Shown in pieces: positions 35,709 through 48,750 of a DNA stretch of 64,000 nt. The position numbers and the translations under genes were made by a program. The stretch comes from Squalus acanthias (taxonomy: Eukaryota), in assembly GCA_030390025.1 (NCBI GenBank), contig CM059425.1, positions 162,132,001 through 162,196,000 of the forward strand, given 5' to 3'. Under the pieces are notes generated by a model. That model did no database searches, was not told the origin of the DNA, and saw only the letters and a program-made list of their open reading frames with translations. Position 1 is the first letter of the stretch, and the number at the start of each line of letters is the position of its first letter.

Positions 35709-37827
35709 GTCTAGGTTCGGATCGGTCATGGCCCTGTGGGTAGTGTAGCGGGCCCAGGGGCCGTGTAGCCTGATCCTGCTCCTATTTCGTGTGTCCAATT
35801 CTGTTAGGTTCAGGAGATGGTTCTGTGATAGTAGATTGGCGGTTAGGATCAGATCAGCCATGATCTTATTGAATGGCGGAGCAGGCTCGAGGGGCCAATT
35901 GGCCTACTCCTGCTCCTATTTCTTATGTTCTTAATATGAATCGGTTGACAGCAAATGTGAAATTTTACCTCAGATTGATTCTACCGTTTTCAAGAAATTT
36001 GGAAAAACTCAAACTTTCAACTTGATAACCCAACTGATGCAAACTGAGAAATTGTGCACACTTCATACACTCAAGAGTGCAAGCACCTACCTTCAGCTGT
36101 TAATACCTCTATAAGAAAATATAAATTCCAACCTCAACCTTTTGGGAGGGATTGAGGCCTTTAAGTAAAAATGTCAACGAAGGTACTCAAAGACACACCA
36201 GGCAATTAGGTAAGTTTAACTATGCTATTGTGAAATATGTAATTTTTAAATTTATTATCTTACACATCTTAATATGACCCCTTAGTTGATAGATTAAGTA
36301 TAAAAATAGTGATCGACAACATTTCTTACAAGAAACATGTTCAGAAATTTGATCGATTCACCTTTTCCTTTCTAGGAAATTTGTATCTGACCAAATCACA
36401 ATAGAATCAAATCAGAATGAAACAAATTACATATCAGCACGAGCTAGAATAAATTTGAATATCAGCCAATCAACTGCAATAAATTTGGATACAAGAAATT
36501 TGCATAGGCCAAGTGTGACACCAAAGTGGAACACTAGATTGTGATACAGAAAATGTGGCAAAGGAAGTGTAACGCTCAAGGTAAAGTATAAACAGACGTA
36601 TGTTTACAAGATAGATAGGTTCATATACGCAAGATAAATACAGACAGATCTCCCATTAACTCAATGAACAAAATTAACATTCACATTAGCATTAACTAGT
36701 CCAGTGCCCCACTGGCCCAATTCCCAGCTATAAACTCCACCCCCACCCCCACTGCTTTTTGGCAAAATAATGCAGATTCCCCACATGCCTAATGATTAGT
36801 TCTTCATGGGTGTCCAGGTGCTCTTCTAGCCTACCCACCGAGATTCAGCGCCATTCATGGTTCTGTCCTGATTACTCCACTGTGCTTCACAGGCTGCTCC
36901 ACCTTCTACACCGGTTTTTCTAGAATCCACCCCAACCCTTCTTGTACCCTTCCAACATGCTTCGCTCCAGAGACCCATTCATCTTTCTACGCCACCTGTG
37001 ACACTAGGCGCTGCAAGCTACTCAGTCAGCTATGGCTCCACACTGCCTTGCAGCTGCTACTACGTGCTGCTGTTTTTCGCCAAGTTGAGCCCTTTCTCTG
37101 TTGCTGCCTGACCCTGCCAAACGCCCACTCGATGGCACATTCTCATCCATACCAACAGCATTTCCCAGCTACCCCTATTTTTGATGCTATCAACCTTCTC
37201 CCACCTATTATGTTCTGCTTTCCAATACCACCAGATAATGTGGCCTGTTCCCCTCAGCGTCTCCATTCCTCATCATGCCGGCACCACCTCACCCCCAAAA
37301 GCAAAAAGAAAACAAAAAAAAAATGACACAAGAATGACCAAGAGAACATGACACACACAGAAGCAGGACAAACAGAAAAACCACAGAGAACGAGACAAAC
37401 AGACACAGGCAAACAACACAAAAACTACACAAGTAAGTAAACCAGAAACTCTATCCACTGACGACCACGAGCAGTGCCATGGGAGATCCACTAATAAGCA
37501 CTTTCACATTTTTTGTATTTAGATCACAGCACAAAGCTAAAATATGAATTAAAAAAGTCATAGTTCCATTCGTTATTGATGAAATTAATCGAATTGTATT
37601 TGGGCTCAAAGGCCCCGATATTAACTTGGAGCTGCATTGGGAGCGAGGGGGTCCAATATCACGTGGGAAACCTGGAAGAAAGTTCCGTGTGTCTGCCTGT
37701 GGCTTTTTAAACATAGCCAGCTCATTATCACTTAACTCCCGGGTTCAGCGTCCAATGTGGGGCAGCGGTCATGATGAGGACCTGCATGGCGTGATCTCAA
37801 CTGCAGTACTTAAAGGCCAATCCGAAG

Positions 37828-39716
37828 ATGCAATTTGGAGGAGTTGAGAAGAGAAGAGGAAGTTCAAGAATAAATTCGAGACAAGCAAAGGCTACGCCAC
37901 ATTTCAATGATGCCTCCCTTGATGTGCTGCTGGGGGCTGTGAGGAGATGGAGAGAGATACTCTTCCCCAGCAATGGAAGGAAGAAACCTGCTGGTGAAAC
38001 CAAGAAGGCGTTGCTGGAGGTGGCTCAGGAAGTGAGCAGCAGGAGCGTTGTGCCATGCTCCTGGATTCAGTGCAGGAAGTGCTTTAATGACCTAACCAGG
38101 TCAGGAAAGGTGAGTACAGTTGCACATTCACCTACATCTTGCTGTGCGCATCACCCAGCCCCTCACTCTGCCTTTTCAAGCCTACTCCATCACATCACTC
38201 CTCACACCCACTTACCTTGCACGAACACCCATCCTTCTCTTTCTACGCACTTCCTCACATCCCCATCTATCCTTCCACCAATGCCACTCACCCTCATCCT
38301 TATGCAATTTCATGCCTCTTCCCAATAGTCACCCTCATCAAATGCGCAACTTCTATTGGTGAACACATGCCATTACACTCACTCATAGGTCTGTTCTTTC
38401 CCTCGTTGCAGAAGAGAGCACAGAACACAAGGGAGAGGTAGAGAACCGGAGGTGAGCCTCCACATAATTCCCAGCTCACAAGTGCAGAGGGGGAGACGCT
38501 GGAGATAAGTGGAATTTTGGCATCCCTGGCCAACGGAGATGGGGAGACAGGGAGCTTCCAGCTGCCTGGTGATCCAATTAAATATCAGCGACCCACATGT
38601 CATACAGCACTCAGTTATGTTGACTTGATTTCAACAACGAGTGAAATATGATCACCTTTATAATGATAAGTTGCAACATTCATACTTTGCCAGTACTAAT
38701 TCATTTCTTTTATCTTCAACAGGGCCTTCAAGCGTGCAGAAGTTGGTGGAGGTCGCGGACGATGATTCCTCAGAGGAGCTGAATCCTTCCGAGGGTGTAC
38801 CAGCACAGGACTCATGCATACCATCACAGGACTCATGCATACTATGTAGCAGCTTAGATACTTGCTCTTCGGTGGGACCACTTAGACAGATAGTTGGGTT
38901 TTCACCTGGTGACTCACACTTCACAAGTGAGCAAGAGCAGATGGTGGTGGCAGGGACTGCAGTGGAGAGTCCGCTTAGGAGGGTACAGCCCTCTCCAAGC
39001 TCTGCTCAGCTGGACACAGTTGCTGTACCCCGGGGCCCATTGATGAAAAGGAGAATCACTGAGCAGCAGCAGACAAAGTGCGATGCACTGACAGGCCTTC
39101 CAAGCACACCAACCATGATTGCAGGGAGAATGGAGTCTGCCTCAAGCATGAATGGGTTGATGTCATTGGGCATTGCATGTGTTCGTCCATGGATAGAGTG
39201 GTCAGCTCCATGGAACATCAAACACTCCAATCAAATGAGTTTATGCGCGTCTTGACCACGGCCGTGCAGACTCTGGATGATAACATGTCTGCCACCTTAA
39301 ATAGAATGACAGATACCATAGCCTTGGCCTTACAGTGTCCCACTGATCTGCACCAAAGTGCTCTCCAGCACAGTGGTAGCAGTGAAATGTGGCTGGGCCA
39401 CGAGAGGAATGATGGCAAAAGGGCACATGGAAGTGGGGACTCCATTAAAAGCGCTTCTACTTCTCACTGTTGCGCCCCCCCACCCACACCTCAGTCAGTA
39501 TCTGACATGCTGCCTCGTCTCCCGATGACCAAGTCTGCCCTTGCATAGGTGCAGCCTTTGGCAGGACCCTCACGGGCTCCAAAACCCAGAGGTCGTCGGC
39601 CAAAAGCATCTCAGCAGTCAGAGCAGGGATGTGAGCAGCCTGCCTCTACCTCTGCTCAAGACAGAGGGGCTGCACCATGTAGGGACAGTAGGAGAAGGAA
39701 GAGTAAAGCTTTGTAG
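37828..39716 (+). pseudogene. Harbinger Myb/SANT-like protein (NAIF1/MSANTD type), intron-containing
   Basis: PHFNDASLDVLL..AQEVS..SWIQCRKCFNDL. Donor AAG|GTGAGT at 38110, acceptors at ~38411 and ~38722. Contains stops and frameshifts. Confidence 0.7.
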
Positions 39717-39989
39717 TTGCACAAGGGCGTCAGATACAATGTAACGTTGTTGAGTTTCTGTTGTTTAGTTAAGGCACATAAATATTATTCTTTTGGACCA
39801 CTTTCCCGTCTTGGATTCTGGGTGGCTAGTCGCCTTTTAAATTGTTTAATGATGAATGGGAAGACATGAATGGGGGATGTGCAAGGGGTGGTTGGTTGTT
39901 TGCAGGACTGCTTTGTGTCAGTGGCATCGGTGAGGGGGGGGGGGGGCCGGGGGATGTGGGAAGCGTGACCATTGTATGCGCTTGTGACA

Positions 39990-41130
39990 TAAGTCCACAG
40001 GTGCAACCTAAGTGAACATTGCATTAATAAGGGCATCCATGGCAGCAATGTGAGCAGCTGGTGCTGCATTTCCCTCATTGTCTTCTTCCTCCTCCTCCTC
40101 CTCGATCGTCCGAAGATGATCTGAGCTCTGTGACCTCCTGCAGGTCCAAACCTCATTGCTGCCCTGTGTTGTGCAGAGCGCAGCACACCACGACCATTCT
40201 GGACACGCTGGCTGGTGTGTACTGAAGGGCGCCTCCCGATCTGTCTAGGCACCTGAAACGCATCTTCAGCATGCCGATGGCTTGTTCAATCACACATCTG
40301 GTGATCATATGGCATTCACTGTAGTGCTGGTGGGCTTCATTGGTCGAGTGTCTAACGGGTGTCAGCAGTCAAGTTTGAAGTGAAGTGGATATCCCTTGTC
40401 GCCTAGCAGTCTCCCCTTAAGTCTGCTTGCAGGTCCGAAGAAGTCAGGGAGCTTGGACTGCCGCAGGACGAAAGCACCACGGCAGTTCCCTGGGAATCTT
40501 ATGCACATCTGCAGAAATATCTTTGTGGTTGCACACCAGCTGCACATTGGATTGGAAGCCCTTGTGGTTGACAAGTACTCTTGCTTTATCTAGGGATGCC
40601 GGGATTGCCACGTGTGTACAGTGGATGACACCCTGCACCTGTGGGAAGCCAGCCAGAGACACAAACCCGAGCGCCTGCTCATTCTGACTGGCGTCACCGT
40701 AGGCGAATTTCACATAATTGCCGGCCCTGGCAAACAAGCCACTAGTCACCTGTCTTATACATTTGTGGGCCGCCGACTAGGAGATCCTGGTTACATCTCC
40801 GGCAGAGCCCTGCAAGGATCTGGAGGCAAAAAAGTTGAGGGCGGTGGTCACTTTGACAGCCACTGGTAACCAGGTCCAGCAAGTCTTCTTCTAGCAGGCT
40901 GCAGATTCTGACACAACCTGATGCGACAACCTGAGCCTCCTGAGACATGGTGTTCAGACATGTCGCGGAAACTCAGCCTCTGCCTGTAAATTCTGTGTCG
41001 CAGGTAGTAGCTGCGAGCTGCTCCCCCTCTCTGTTGTCCAGCTGCAGGTCTCTGCATAGCAGGCTGGTGCTGGTGATATTGGTCCTCGTCCGAAGTCCAA
41101 TCTAAGGCATCCAAAGCGCCACCCATCCTG
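39990..41130 (-). pseudogene. Harbinger DDE transposase (HARBI1-like)
   Basis: AGFPQVQGVIHCTHVAI, NHKGFQS.VQLVC, LLGDKGYP, IEQAIGMLKMRFRCLD spread over several frames. Confidence 0.85.
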
Positions 41131-43309
41131 ATGTGATTGAGAAAACCGTCAAAGTGAAGAAAGTAAACTCTCAGCAAAAGTACAATGAACAAACCCTTTC
41201 CTACTCACAGGTAAGAGAGCAGCTGTGAGTACTGAGTACTTATTGCAGTATTTCCACGACTTTGAATCAGCCCCCTCAATTGCCGTTGTGTTCTTGCTTT
41301 GCTTTCACTGCCGAGTTTCAGGAAGCCCGAAAAACCCATGGATGCACCGTTAAATTTAAAAGTCAGTTGAAATATTGTTACAATTGAGTGATTAGCATAT
41401 GCTAATAGGCAACCCGAGGGGTTTGTGCGCAAACAGCCTAACGTACTCCAGTTAAACTCGGAAGTCGGCGGGTTGGAGCCAGCTTCCCGTGTGCTGACAT
41501 TTTTGCCGGTTTTAGCCCCCTACCCACATCCAAATCCAGGCGCTCCTCCAGGTTAAAAGTCCACTCAATATGTCCTCATCTGTTGCAACTACCGGGGGTT
41601 GGAAGAAGAGGGGCAAAAGTTTAATGTTAGAAGTTACTGTTGGCAATATTTGCAGATGAATATTTATCACGTTTATATGAGATTCCTCTGTCCACTATTT
41701 TAACACATCCATTAAAATAGCAGATAAAGGAATGTCACATGAACATGCTAAGTATTTGTCCATAATATTACCAACAGTTTTTTTTGGCCTTCGAACTTGA
41801 GTTGAGTTTAGAAGCTGAAGGCGTAATAGGAAAGTAACTTTCCATAGCTGACTTTGTATAATTTATCAATATAGGGGGAAAAAAAGAGACCAAGTACAAA
41901 CTTGTCAAAGTAGTTGGTGGTTATTCTACTTTTTAAACCAGTCATTGTATCTGTATGATTAACTCTGATGAAAATAAAAGATCATTTTCTCATAGTGCCA
42001 ATTTCCATTCATCCTGATAAAACTGAGTAATAAAGTAGTGGCATAATAATAGTAAAATAATACCTAATCATGTATTTTTAATTAAAAAGAGGAAGATCAC
42101 TATATAGCATTTAGAATGACTGAAATAAAATCCACTGATTAGTCACCTACTGAGATTATCTAAAGTACTTTGTCAAAATGAATTAGCCATAGGTGGGCTG
42201 GATAATGCACCATTTAAAACTTGGAAGAAAGATCTTAAAAAGAGTTTCAATGAGTTCAAAGTGAAGTGCACTGAAACCAATACTTTCACAGAATCAAAGA
42301 CCCTTTTCTTAAAAGTGAACAGGTAAAATGAAAATTAATACCACACTGCCTGTGGTCCAATTGGTTTCCTAGTGATACAGTTGTCAGATAGACCTTTGTC
42401 AATGACTGCCTGTGTTGAGCGAGACAAAATTTGGCAAATAGCTTGCTATATACTTAAGCAGTTCCCAGCCTCGTGAAACACGATTCCACAGCTGTACAGC
42501 CCAGTCCCTGAAACTCTTCGACAAAGGCTTTTATTGTGAGCAGCCAGAAGTGTCCAATTAGAAGGGATGTAATGGATTACAATATTTCAAATAGGAAGGA
42601 TTCAACTGTTGTCAGTCTAGTTAATCTGCTTCAATTAGGAAGTACCATTTAGATAAATCTTTGACTTCAGAGTCTGGATGCTAGCCGATGACCCAAGTCC
42701 ATAAATAGGTTTTGGTCTTTACAGGAACAGAGATTTCAGTAATTTGTTCCCAACACTGATAAAAGAATTTGACAGGTGAATTTCAAAGGACCACCCTACA
42801 CGTGAAATGCAGGACCAGAAACTCAACATTGAGCTCAGGCCTTTTGTTCAACAAACACAGATATGTCTTCCATAAATGAACTTTATTTTAGTGACAACTC
42901 AGGAGACCTTCAATTGCTTTATACTTGGGCAATTATGATGGACAAACATTGCATTCAAAGTTTTCCTTTCTAATATATAATTGACAAATAAAATATTTAT
43001 AATTTTGCACAAGAAAAATGTTTCAACAGTTTTTCCAAACAAAATCATGACTGAATTAACTACCTAGCTATTTATTAATAAGTACTTAACAGTTTAAATG
43101 GTCTGTTATTTCTGTTAACAGGTTTTCATAAATTAGCTGTTCAAATTTTTTTTAAACAATATTTGGGGAATATTTAAAAAATTATTTTAAAGATTCATGA
43201 AACAGTTGAAGAATATTCTCTCTCCTATAAACATAAATACATGCATAGATCAGTGGATCTCCTGTGGCATTTCTCAGTGAGTGGGAGGATACAGTGTTTC
43301 ATAGTGTCA

Positions 43310-44925
43310 CAGTGTCTCTGCCACATTCCCCTTGCCCACCAAGCCACACCTCCCGCACACCTTCCCCCACTGCCCTAGCCCTGAACCTGTGTTTTTCTCG
43401 AGTTATTTTCATACCTCCACTCATGCCCTCTCTGAACTCACCTTGTCCAGAAGACCAACCTCCTGATTCCTTGGCCCTATTCCCACCAACTGATGTCCCT
43501 TCCTAGTCTCCATCCTAACTAATGTTGTACATTGTTCTCTCCTCAGGTACTGTCCCTCTCGTCATCATTCCTTAAAAAAATTCACACATGACCCCTCTGA
43601 CCTTACAAACTACCAAGCCCATCTCCAACCTCCCCATCCTCTCCAAAGTCCTTGAACATATCACATCACAAATCTGTGCCCATCTTTCCCACAACTCCGT
43701 GTTTGAATCTCTCCAATCAGGTTACCGCACTTGCCACAGCACTAAAATGGCTCCAAAGTCACTAATTACATTCCCTGTGACCGTGAGAAAGGTGCACTGT
43801 CCCTCTTCATCGTTCTTGACCTCTCTTATAGCCTTTGACACGTCGACCATGCCATCCTCCTCCAATACCTCTGCTCCGTTGTCCAGCCCTTTGGGACTAC
43901 CCTTGCTTAGTTCCACTGTTACCTAGTCAGAGCATCTCCAGCAAATGCTACCTCTTCCCACCCCTGCACCATTACCTTTGAAGTCCCCCAAGGATTTATC
44001 CTTGGCTCCCTCCTCCTCATCTACATGCTGCCCTTTGGCAACATCATCCGAAGACATGGGACCAGCTTCTATAGGTACACTGATGACATCCAGCTCCATC
44101 TCTCAACCACTCCACTGCCTCTGTGTTGTCAAACATCCAGTCTTGGAGGAACAGCAATTTCTTCCCGTTAAACATTGGGAAGACCAAAGCCACAGTCTTC
44201 AGCCCCCGCCACAAACTCCATCCTCATCCCCAGCCACTGTCTTAGATTGAACCAAACTGTTCGCAACCTTGGCATCCTATTTGACCCTGAGCTGAGCTTC
44301 CAACCTCATATCCTCTACATCACACAGCCCGCCTACTTCTACCTCCATAACATCACCCACTTCTGCCCTGCCTCAGCCCATCTGCTGGTGAAATCCTTAT
44401 ACATGCTTTTGCTACCTCCAGACACAACTACTACAACACTCTCCTGGTAGGCCTGCCATCCTCCACCCTCTACAAACTTCAGCTCAACCAAAACTCTGCT
44501 GCCCATGTCCTATTCCACACCAAGTCCCACTCACCGATCACCCGTCCTCAATGGCCTACATTGACTGCCAGTCCCTCAATGCCTCCAATTTAAATTCTTC
44601 ATCCTCATTTTAAAATCCTTTAATGGCCTCATCCCACCCTACCTCTATAATCTCCTCCAGCCTTTTAACTGTAGCACCCCCAACCCCAAAGTCTGTGTTC
44701 CTCCGACTCTGGCCTCTGTGCATCCCGCTTCATCCACCATTGATTACCATGCCTGTAGCTGTCAGAGCCCTATGCTTTGGAACTCCATCCCCAAGTCTCT
44801 TCACCTTCAAAGGCGCTCCTTAAAACCCACCTCCGACCAAGCTTCCCCTTCGTAGGCTCGGCGTTTATTTTTGTCTGATAACGCTTCTACGCTAAAGGCG
44901 CTATATAAATGCAAGTTGGTTTTCT
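43310..44925 (+). mobile_element. Degenerate L2 RT and 3' fragment
   Basis: PISNLPILSKVLE, FESLQSG, VRNLGILFDPELSF, L2 tail. Confidence 0.8.
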
Positions 44926-45164
44926 TGTTCTATAGAAAAAAAACTTGCATTTATATAGCACTTTCATGACCTTTGGACATCCCAAAGCACTTCACAGCCA
45001 ATGAAGTACTTTTGAAGTGTATTCACCTCGGTAATGTGGGGAAATGTAACAGCCAATATACACAGTCCCACAAACAGCAATGGGATAAATAATCGGTTAA
45101 TCTGTTAATAGAAGTGTTGATTGAAGGATAAATGCTGGCCAGGACACCAGAAGAACTCTCCTGT

Positions 45165-46706
45165 ACATGTAATCAACTTTGCTTCCAACTTCCACGCTTC
45201 CCTCGCCTTCACATGGTCCATCTCCGACTCTCCCCTCCCTCGACTTTCTGTCTCCATTTCTGGGGATAGGCTATCGACCAATATCCAGTATAAGCCCACC
45301 GACTCCCACAGCTACCTTGACTACACCTCCGCCCACCCCGCTTGCTGTAAGGACTCTATTCCATTCTCTCATTTTCTTCATCTCTGTCGCATCTGTTCGG
45401 ACAGTGCCACCTTCCATACCAGTGCTTCCGATATGTCTTCCTTTTTCCTCAACCGAGGAATCCTGTCCACCGTGGTTGACAGGGCCCTCGACCGTATCTG
45501 TTCCATTTCCCGCACTTCTACTCTCGCCCCTTCCCCTACTTCCCAGAACCAGCCTCCACATTCAACGGATCATCCTCCGCCATTTCCACCAACTCCAACC
45601 ACAACAACTTGTATTTATATAGCGCCTTTAACGTAGTAAAACATCCCAAGGCGCTGCACAGGAGTATTTTAAGACAAAAAATTTGACACTGATCCACATA
45701 AGGATAAATTAGGGCAGGTAACAAAAAGCTTGGTCAAAGAGGTAGGTTTTAAGGAGCGTCTTAAAGGAGGAAAGAGAGGTAGCGGGGCAGACGCGTTTAG
45801 GCAGGGAATTCCAGAGCTTAGGGCCTAGGCAACAGAAGGCATGGCCACCAAAGGTTGAGCGATTATAATCAGGGATCCTCAAAGGGCAGAATTTGAGGAG
45901 CGCAGATATCTCGGGGGGGTTGTGGGGCTGTAGGAGATTACAGAGATAGGAAGGGGCGAGGCCATGGAGGGATTTGAAAACAAGGATGAGAATTTTGAAA
46001 TCGAGGCGCTGCTTAACCGGGAGCCAATGTAGGTCAGCAAGCACAGGGGTGATGGGCGAATGGGACTTGGTGCGAGTTAGGACACGGGCAGCCGAGTTTT
46101 GGATGACCTCAAGCGCAGGAGATGCAAAACCTGCCCTTTTACCTCCTCCCTTCCCACTGTCCAGGGCCCCAAACATTCTTTACAGGTGAAACAACAAATT
46201 ACTTGTACTTCTTTCAATTTAGTATACTATATTCGCTGCTCATGATGCGGTCTCCGCTACACTGGGGAGACCAAACACAGATTGGGTGACCGCTTTGCGG
46301 AACACCTTCGTTCAGTCCACAAGTGTGACCCTGAGCTTCCGGTCGCCTGTCACTTTAGTTCTCCACTCCACTCCCACTCTGACCACTCTGTCCTCGGCCT
46401 CCTACACTGTGCCAATGAAGCTCAACATAAGCTTGAGGAACAGCATCTCATCTTTCTATTAGGTACTTTACAGCCTTCTGGACTCAACATTGAGTTCAAC
46501 AATTTTAGATCATAACTTCTGCCCCCATTTTTTCGGATGGCAGCTGTTGATGATTCTACTATTCCATTTACACCTCTTCTAGACCCATCTTTTGTTTCTT
46601 TACTTGTCCCATGACCACCCCCTTTTGCCTTGCACCATCATCCCTTTTTGTCATTCAATCTCTCCTGCCTTCTAGCCCATCACAGACCTTCCCTTTTGTT
46701 TTTTCC
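45165..46706 (+). mobile_element. Penelope fragment inserted in a DeuSINE and interrupted by an antisense L2 3' end (45598-46111)
   Basis: YKPTDSHSYLDY and RFAEHLRSV..LNIEFNNFRS. The L2 piece reads LADLHWLPV..KTYLFDQAF on the minus strand. Confidence 0.85.
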
Positions 46707-47025
46707 TGAGAGGGCAGATAGGGTTTCGATTTAATGACTCATCCGAAACACAGCACAACCAACAATGCAGTACTTCCTCAGTCCAGCGCTGAAGTATAGA
46801 ACTGCATAACTAGGTATGGCCCTCATAGCATGCATTGGCAAGTACTTTGAAATGTGCATTGTAATATACTCTGCATCAAATCATTACCGAATAAAACATG
46901 CAAACTTCCTGCACCAAATAAAAGGAAACAATAACTTAAAAAATATAGATATGAGCATCTCATTCAGAAACTGCTGCTGTATGTAATCAATCCAAGCATA
47001 ACTTGTCATCTAGTGAACAACCTAC

Positions 47026-47156
47026 CACACAGCATTCTGCTTCAGTCTGTCATCAATGTCACCAAGAGCTTGATGCAATTCCAAATCCCCTGGTATAGTG
47101 TCCAAGAAGCAACCTGAGCAGGAATAATCCAATAGGTAATCTCCTTCCCATGCCAT
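47026..47156 (-). CDS. KIAA0825: KIAA0825 orthologue, first coding exon (131 coding nt; exon spans 47026-47165)
   Basis: Translates MAWEGDYLLDYSCSGCFLDTIPGDLELHQALGDIDDRLKQNAV, resembling the KIAA0825 N-terminus as I recall it (..PGDLEFEQIFSDIDEKIEQNA). Acceptor ttttcag at 47166, ATG at 47156, donor TG|GTAGG at 47025 (phase 2). Confidence 0.9.
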
Positions 47157-47328
47157 CACCAATACCTGAAAACAATAGTTTAAAGCAATGTTGTTAAAAT
47201 AAAATAAATCCATTAATCTAAAATCCAATTAACAAAAGCATATAACACATTTCCAAAACTAATATAAAAACAGAAAATGCTGGAAAAACTCAGCATCAGC
47301 TTGAAACAGAGTTAACAGTTAAGGTTAT

Positions 47329-48750
47329 GCCCTCCGCCATTTTAACAGTTTCCAGTTTCCCGGCCCCAACCGTCTCCTCTTCACTATGGACGTACAATCC
47401 CTCTACACCTCCATTCCCCACCAGGATGGCCTGAGGGCGCTCCGCTTCTTCCTTGAACAGAGGCCCAACCAGTCCCCATCCACCACCACCCTCCTCCGCC
47501 TGGCTGAACTTGTTCTCACATTGAACAACTTCTCCTTTGACTCTACCCATTTCCTCCAAATTAAAGGTGTTGCTATGGGTACCCGCATGGGTCCTAGCTA
47601 TGCCTGCCTTTTCGTGGGATATGTGGAACACTCTTTGTTCCAGTCCTACTCGGGTCCCCTCCCTCACCTCTTTTTCCGGTACATTGATGACTGTATCGGT
47701 GCCGTCTCCTGCTCTCGCCCTGAACTAGAACATTTCATTCACTATGCTTCCAATTTCCACCCTTCCCTCACCTTCACATGGTCCATCTCCGACTCTTCCC
47801 TTCCCTTCCTCGACTTCTCCATCTCCATCTCTGGGGATAGGTTATTGACTAACATTCACTACAAGCCCACCGACTCCCACAGCTACCTGGACTACACTTC
47901 CTCCCACCCCGCCTCCTGTAAGGACTCTATTCCATTCTCCCAGTTTCTCCGTCTCCGCCGCATCTGCTCTGATGATGCCACCTTCCATACCAGTGCTTCC
48001 GACATGTCTTCCTTTTTCCTCAACCGAGGATTCCCCTCTACCGTGGTCGACACGGCCCTCGACCGTGTCCGTTCTATCTCCCGCACATCTGCCCTCACCC
48101 CTGCCCCTCCCTCCCGGAACCACGATAGGGTTCCCCTTGTCCTCACCTTTCACCCCACCAGCCTCCACATTCAACGGATCATCCTCCGCCATTTCCGCCA
48201 CCTCCAGCGTGATCCCACCACCAAACACATCTTCCCCTCACCTCCCCTTTCAGCATTCCGTAGGGACCGCTCCCTCCGCGACACCCTAGTCCACTCCTCT
48301 ACCACCCCTAGCACCCCTTCCCCTTCGCCCGGCACCTTCCCGTGCACGCGCAGGAGATGCAACACATGCCCTTATACCTCCCCTCTTCCCACTGTCCAGG
48401 GCCCCAAACACCCCTTCCAGGTGAAACAGCGATTTACTTGTACTTCCTGCAATTTAGTATACTGTATTCGCTGCTCACGATGTGGACTCCTCTACATTGG
48501 GGAGACCAAACGCAGATTGGGTGACCGCTTTGCGGAACACCTCCGTTCAGTCCGTAAGGGGGACCCCGAGCTCCCGGTGGCCTGTCACTTTAATTCACCG
48601 CTTCACTCCCACTCTGACCTCACCGTCCTCGGCCTATTACACTGTTCCACGGAAGCTCAGCGTAAGCTCGAGGAACAGCACCTCATCTTTCGTTTAGGCA
48701 CGCTACAGCCCTCTGGACTCAATATCGAGTTCAACAATTTTAGATCATAA
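47329..48750 (+). CDS. Penelope RT (C-terminal part) + Cys-rich linker + GIY-YIG endonuclease
   Basis: DVQSLYTSIP, GVAMG, FRYIDD, CTRRRCNTC, LVYCIRCSRCGLLYIGET. Open from the truncation point. Confidence 0.9.
   Translation, partial: ALRHFNSFQFPGPNRLLFTMDVQSLYTSIPHQDGLRALRFFLEQRPNQSPSTTTLLRLAELVLTLNNFSFDSTHFLQIKGVAMGTRMGPSYACLFVGYVEHSLFQSYSGPLPHLFFRYIDDCIGAVSCSRPELEHFIHYASNFHPSLTFTWSISDSSLPFLDFSISISGDRLLTNIHYKPTDSHSYLDYTSSHPASCKDSIPFSQFLRLRRICSDDATFHTSASDMSSFFLNRGFPSTVVDTALDRVRSISRTSALTPAPPSRNHDRVPLVLTFHPTSLHIQRIILRHFRHLQRDPTTKHIFPSPPLSAFRRDRSLRDTLVHSSTTPSTPSPSPGTFPCTRRRCNTCPYTSPLPTVQGPKHPFQVKQRFTCTSCNLVYCIRCSRCGLLYIGETKRRLGDRFAEHLRSVRKGDPELPVACHFNSPLHSHSDLTVLGLLHCSTEAQRKLEEQHLIFRLGTLQPSGLNIEFNNFRS

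Larger units (their letters stand above)
31490..35932 (+). mobile_element. Full-length CR1 (HER1-like) LINE with both ORFs intact
   Basis: Adjacent uninterrupted ORF1 and ORF2. 3' end ...cctactcctgctcctatttcttatgttctta. 5' boundary approximate. Confidence 0.93.
37611..41566. mobile_element. PIF/Harbinger transposon with convergent Myb/SANT and transposase genes, degenerate
   Basis: Partial TIRs sharing ttaacYtggag, Myb-like gene on +, DDE transposase remnants on -. Confidence 0.8.
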
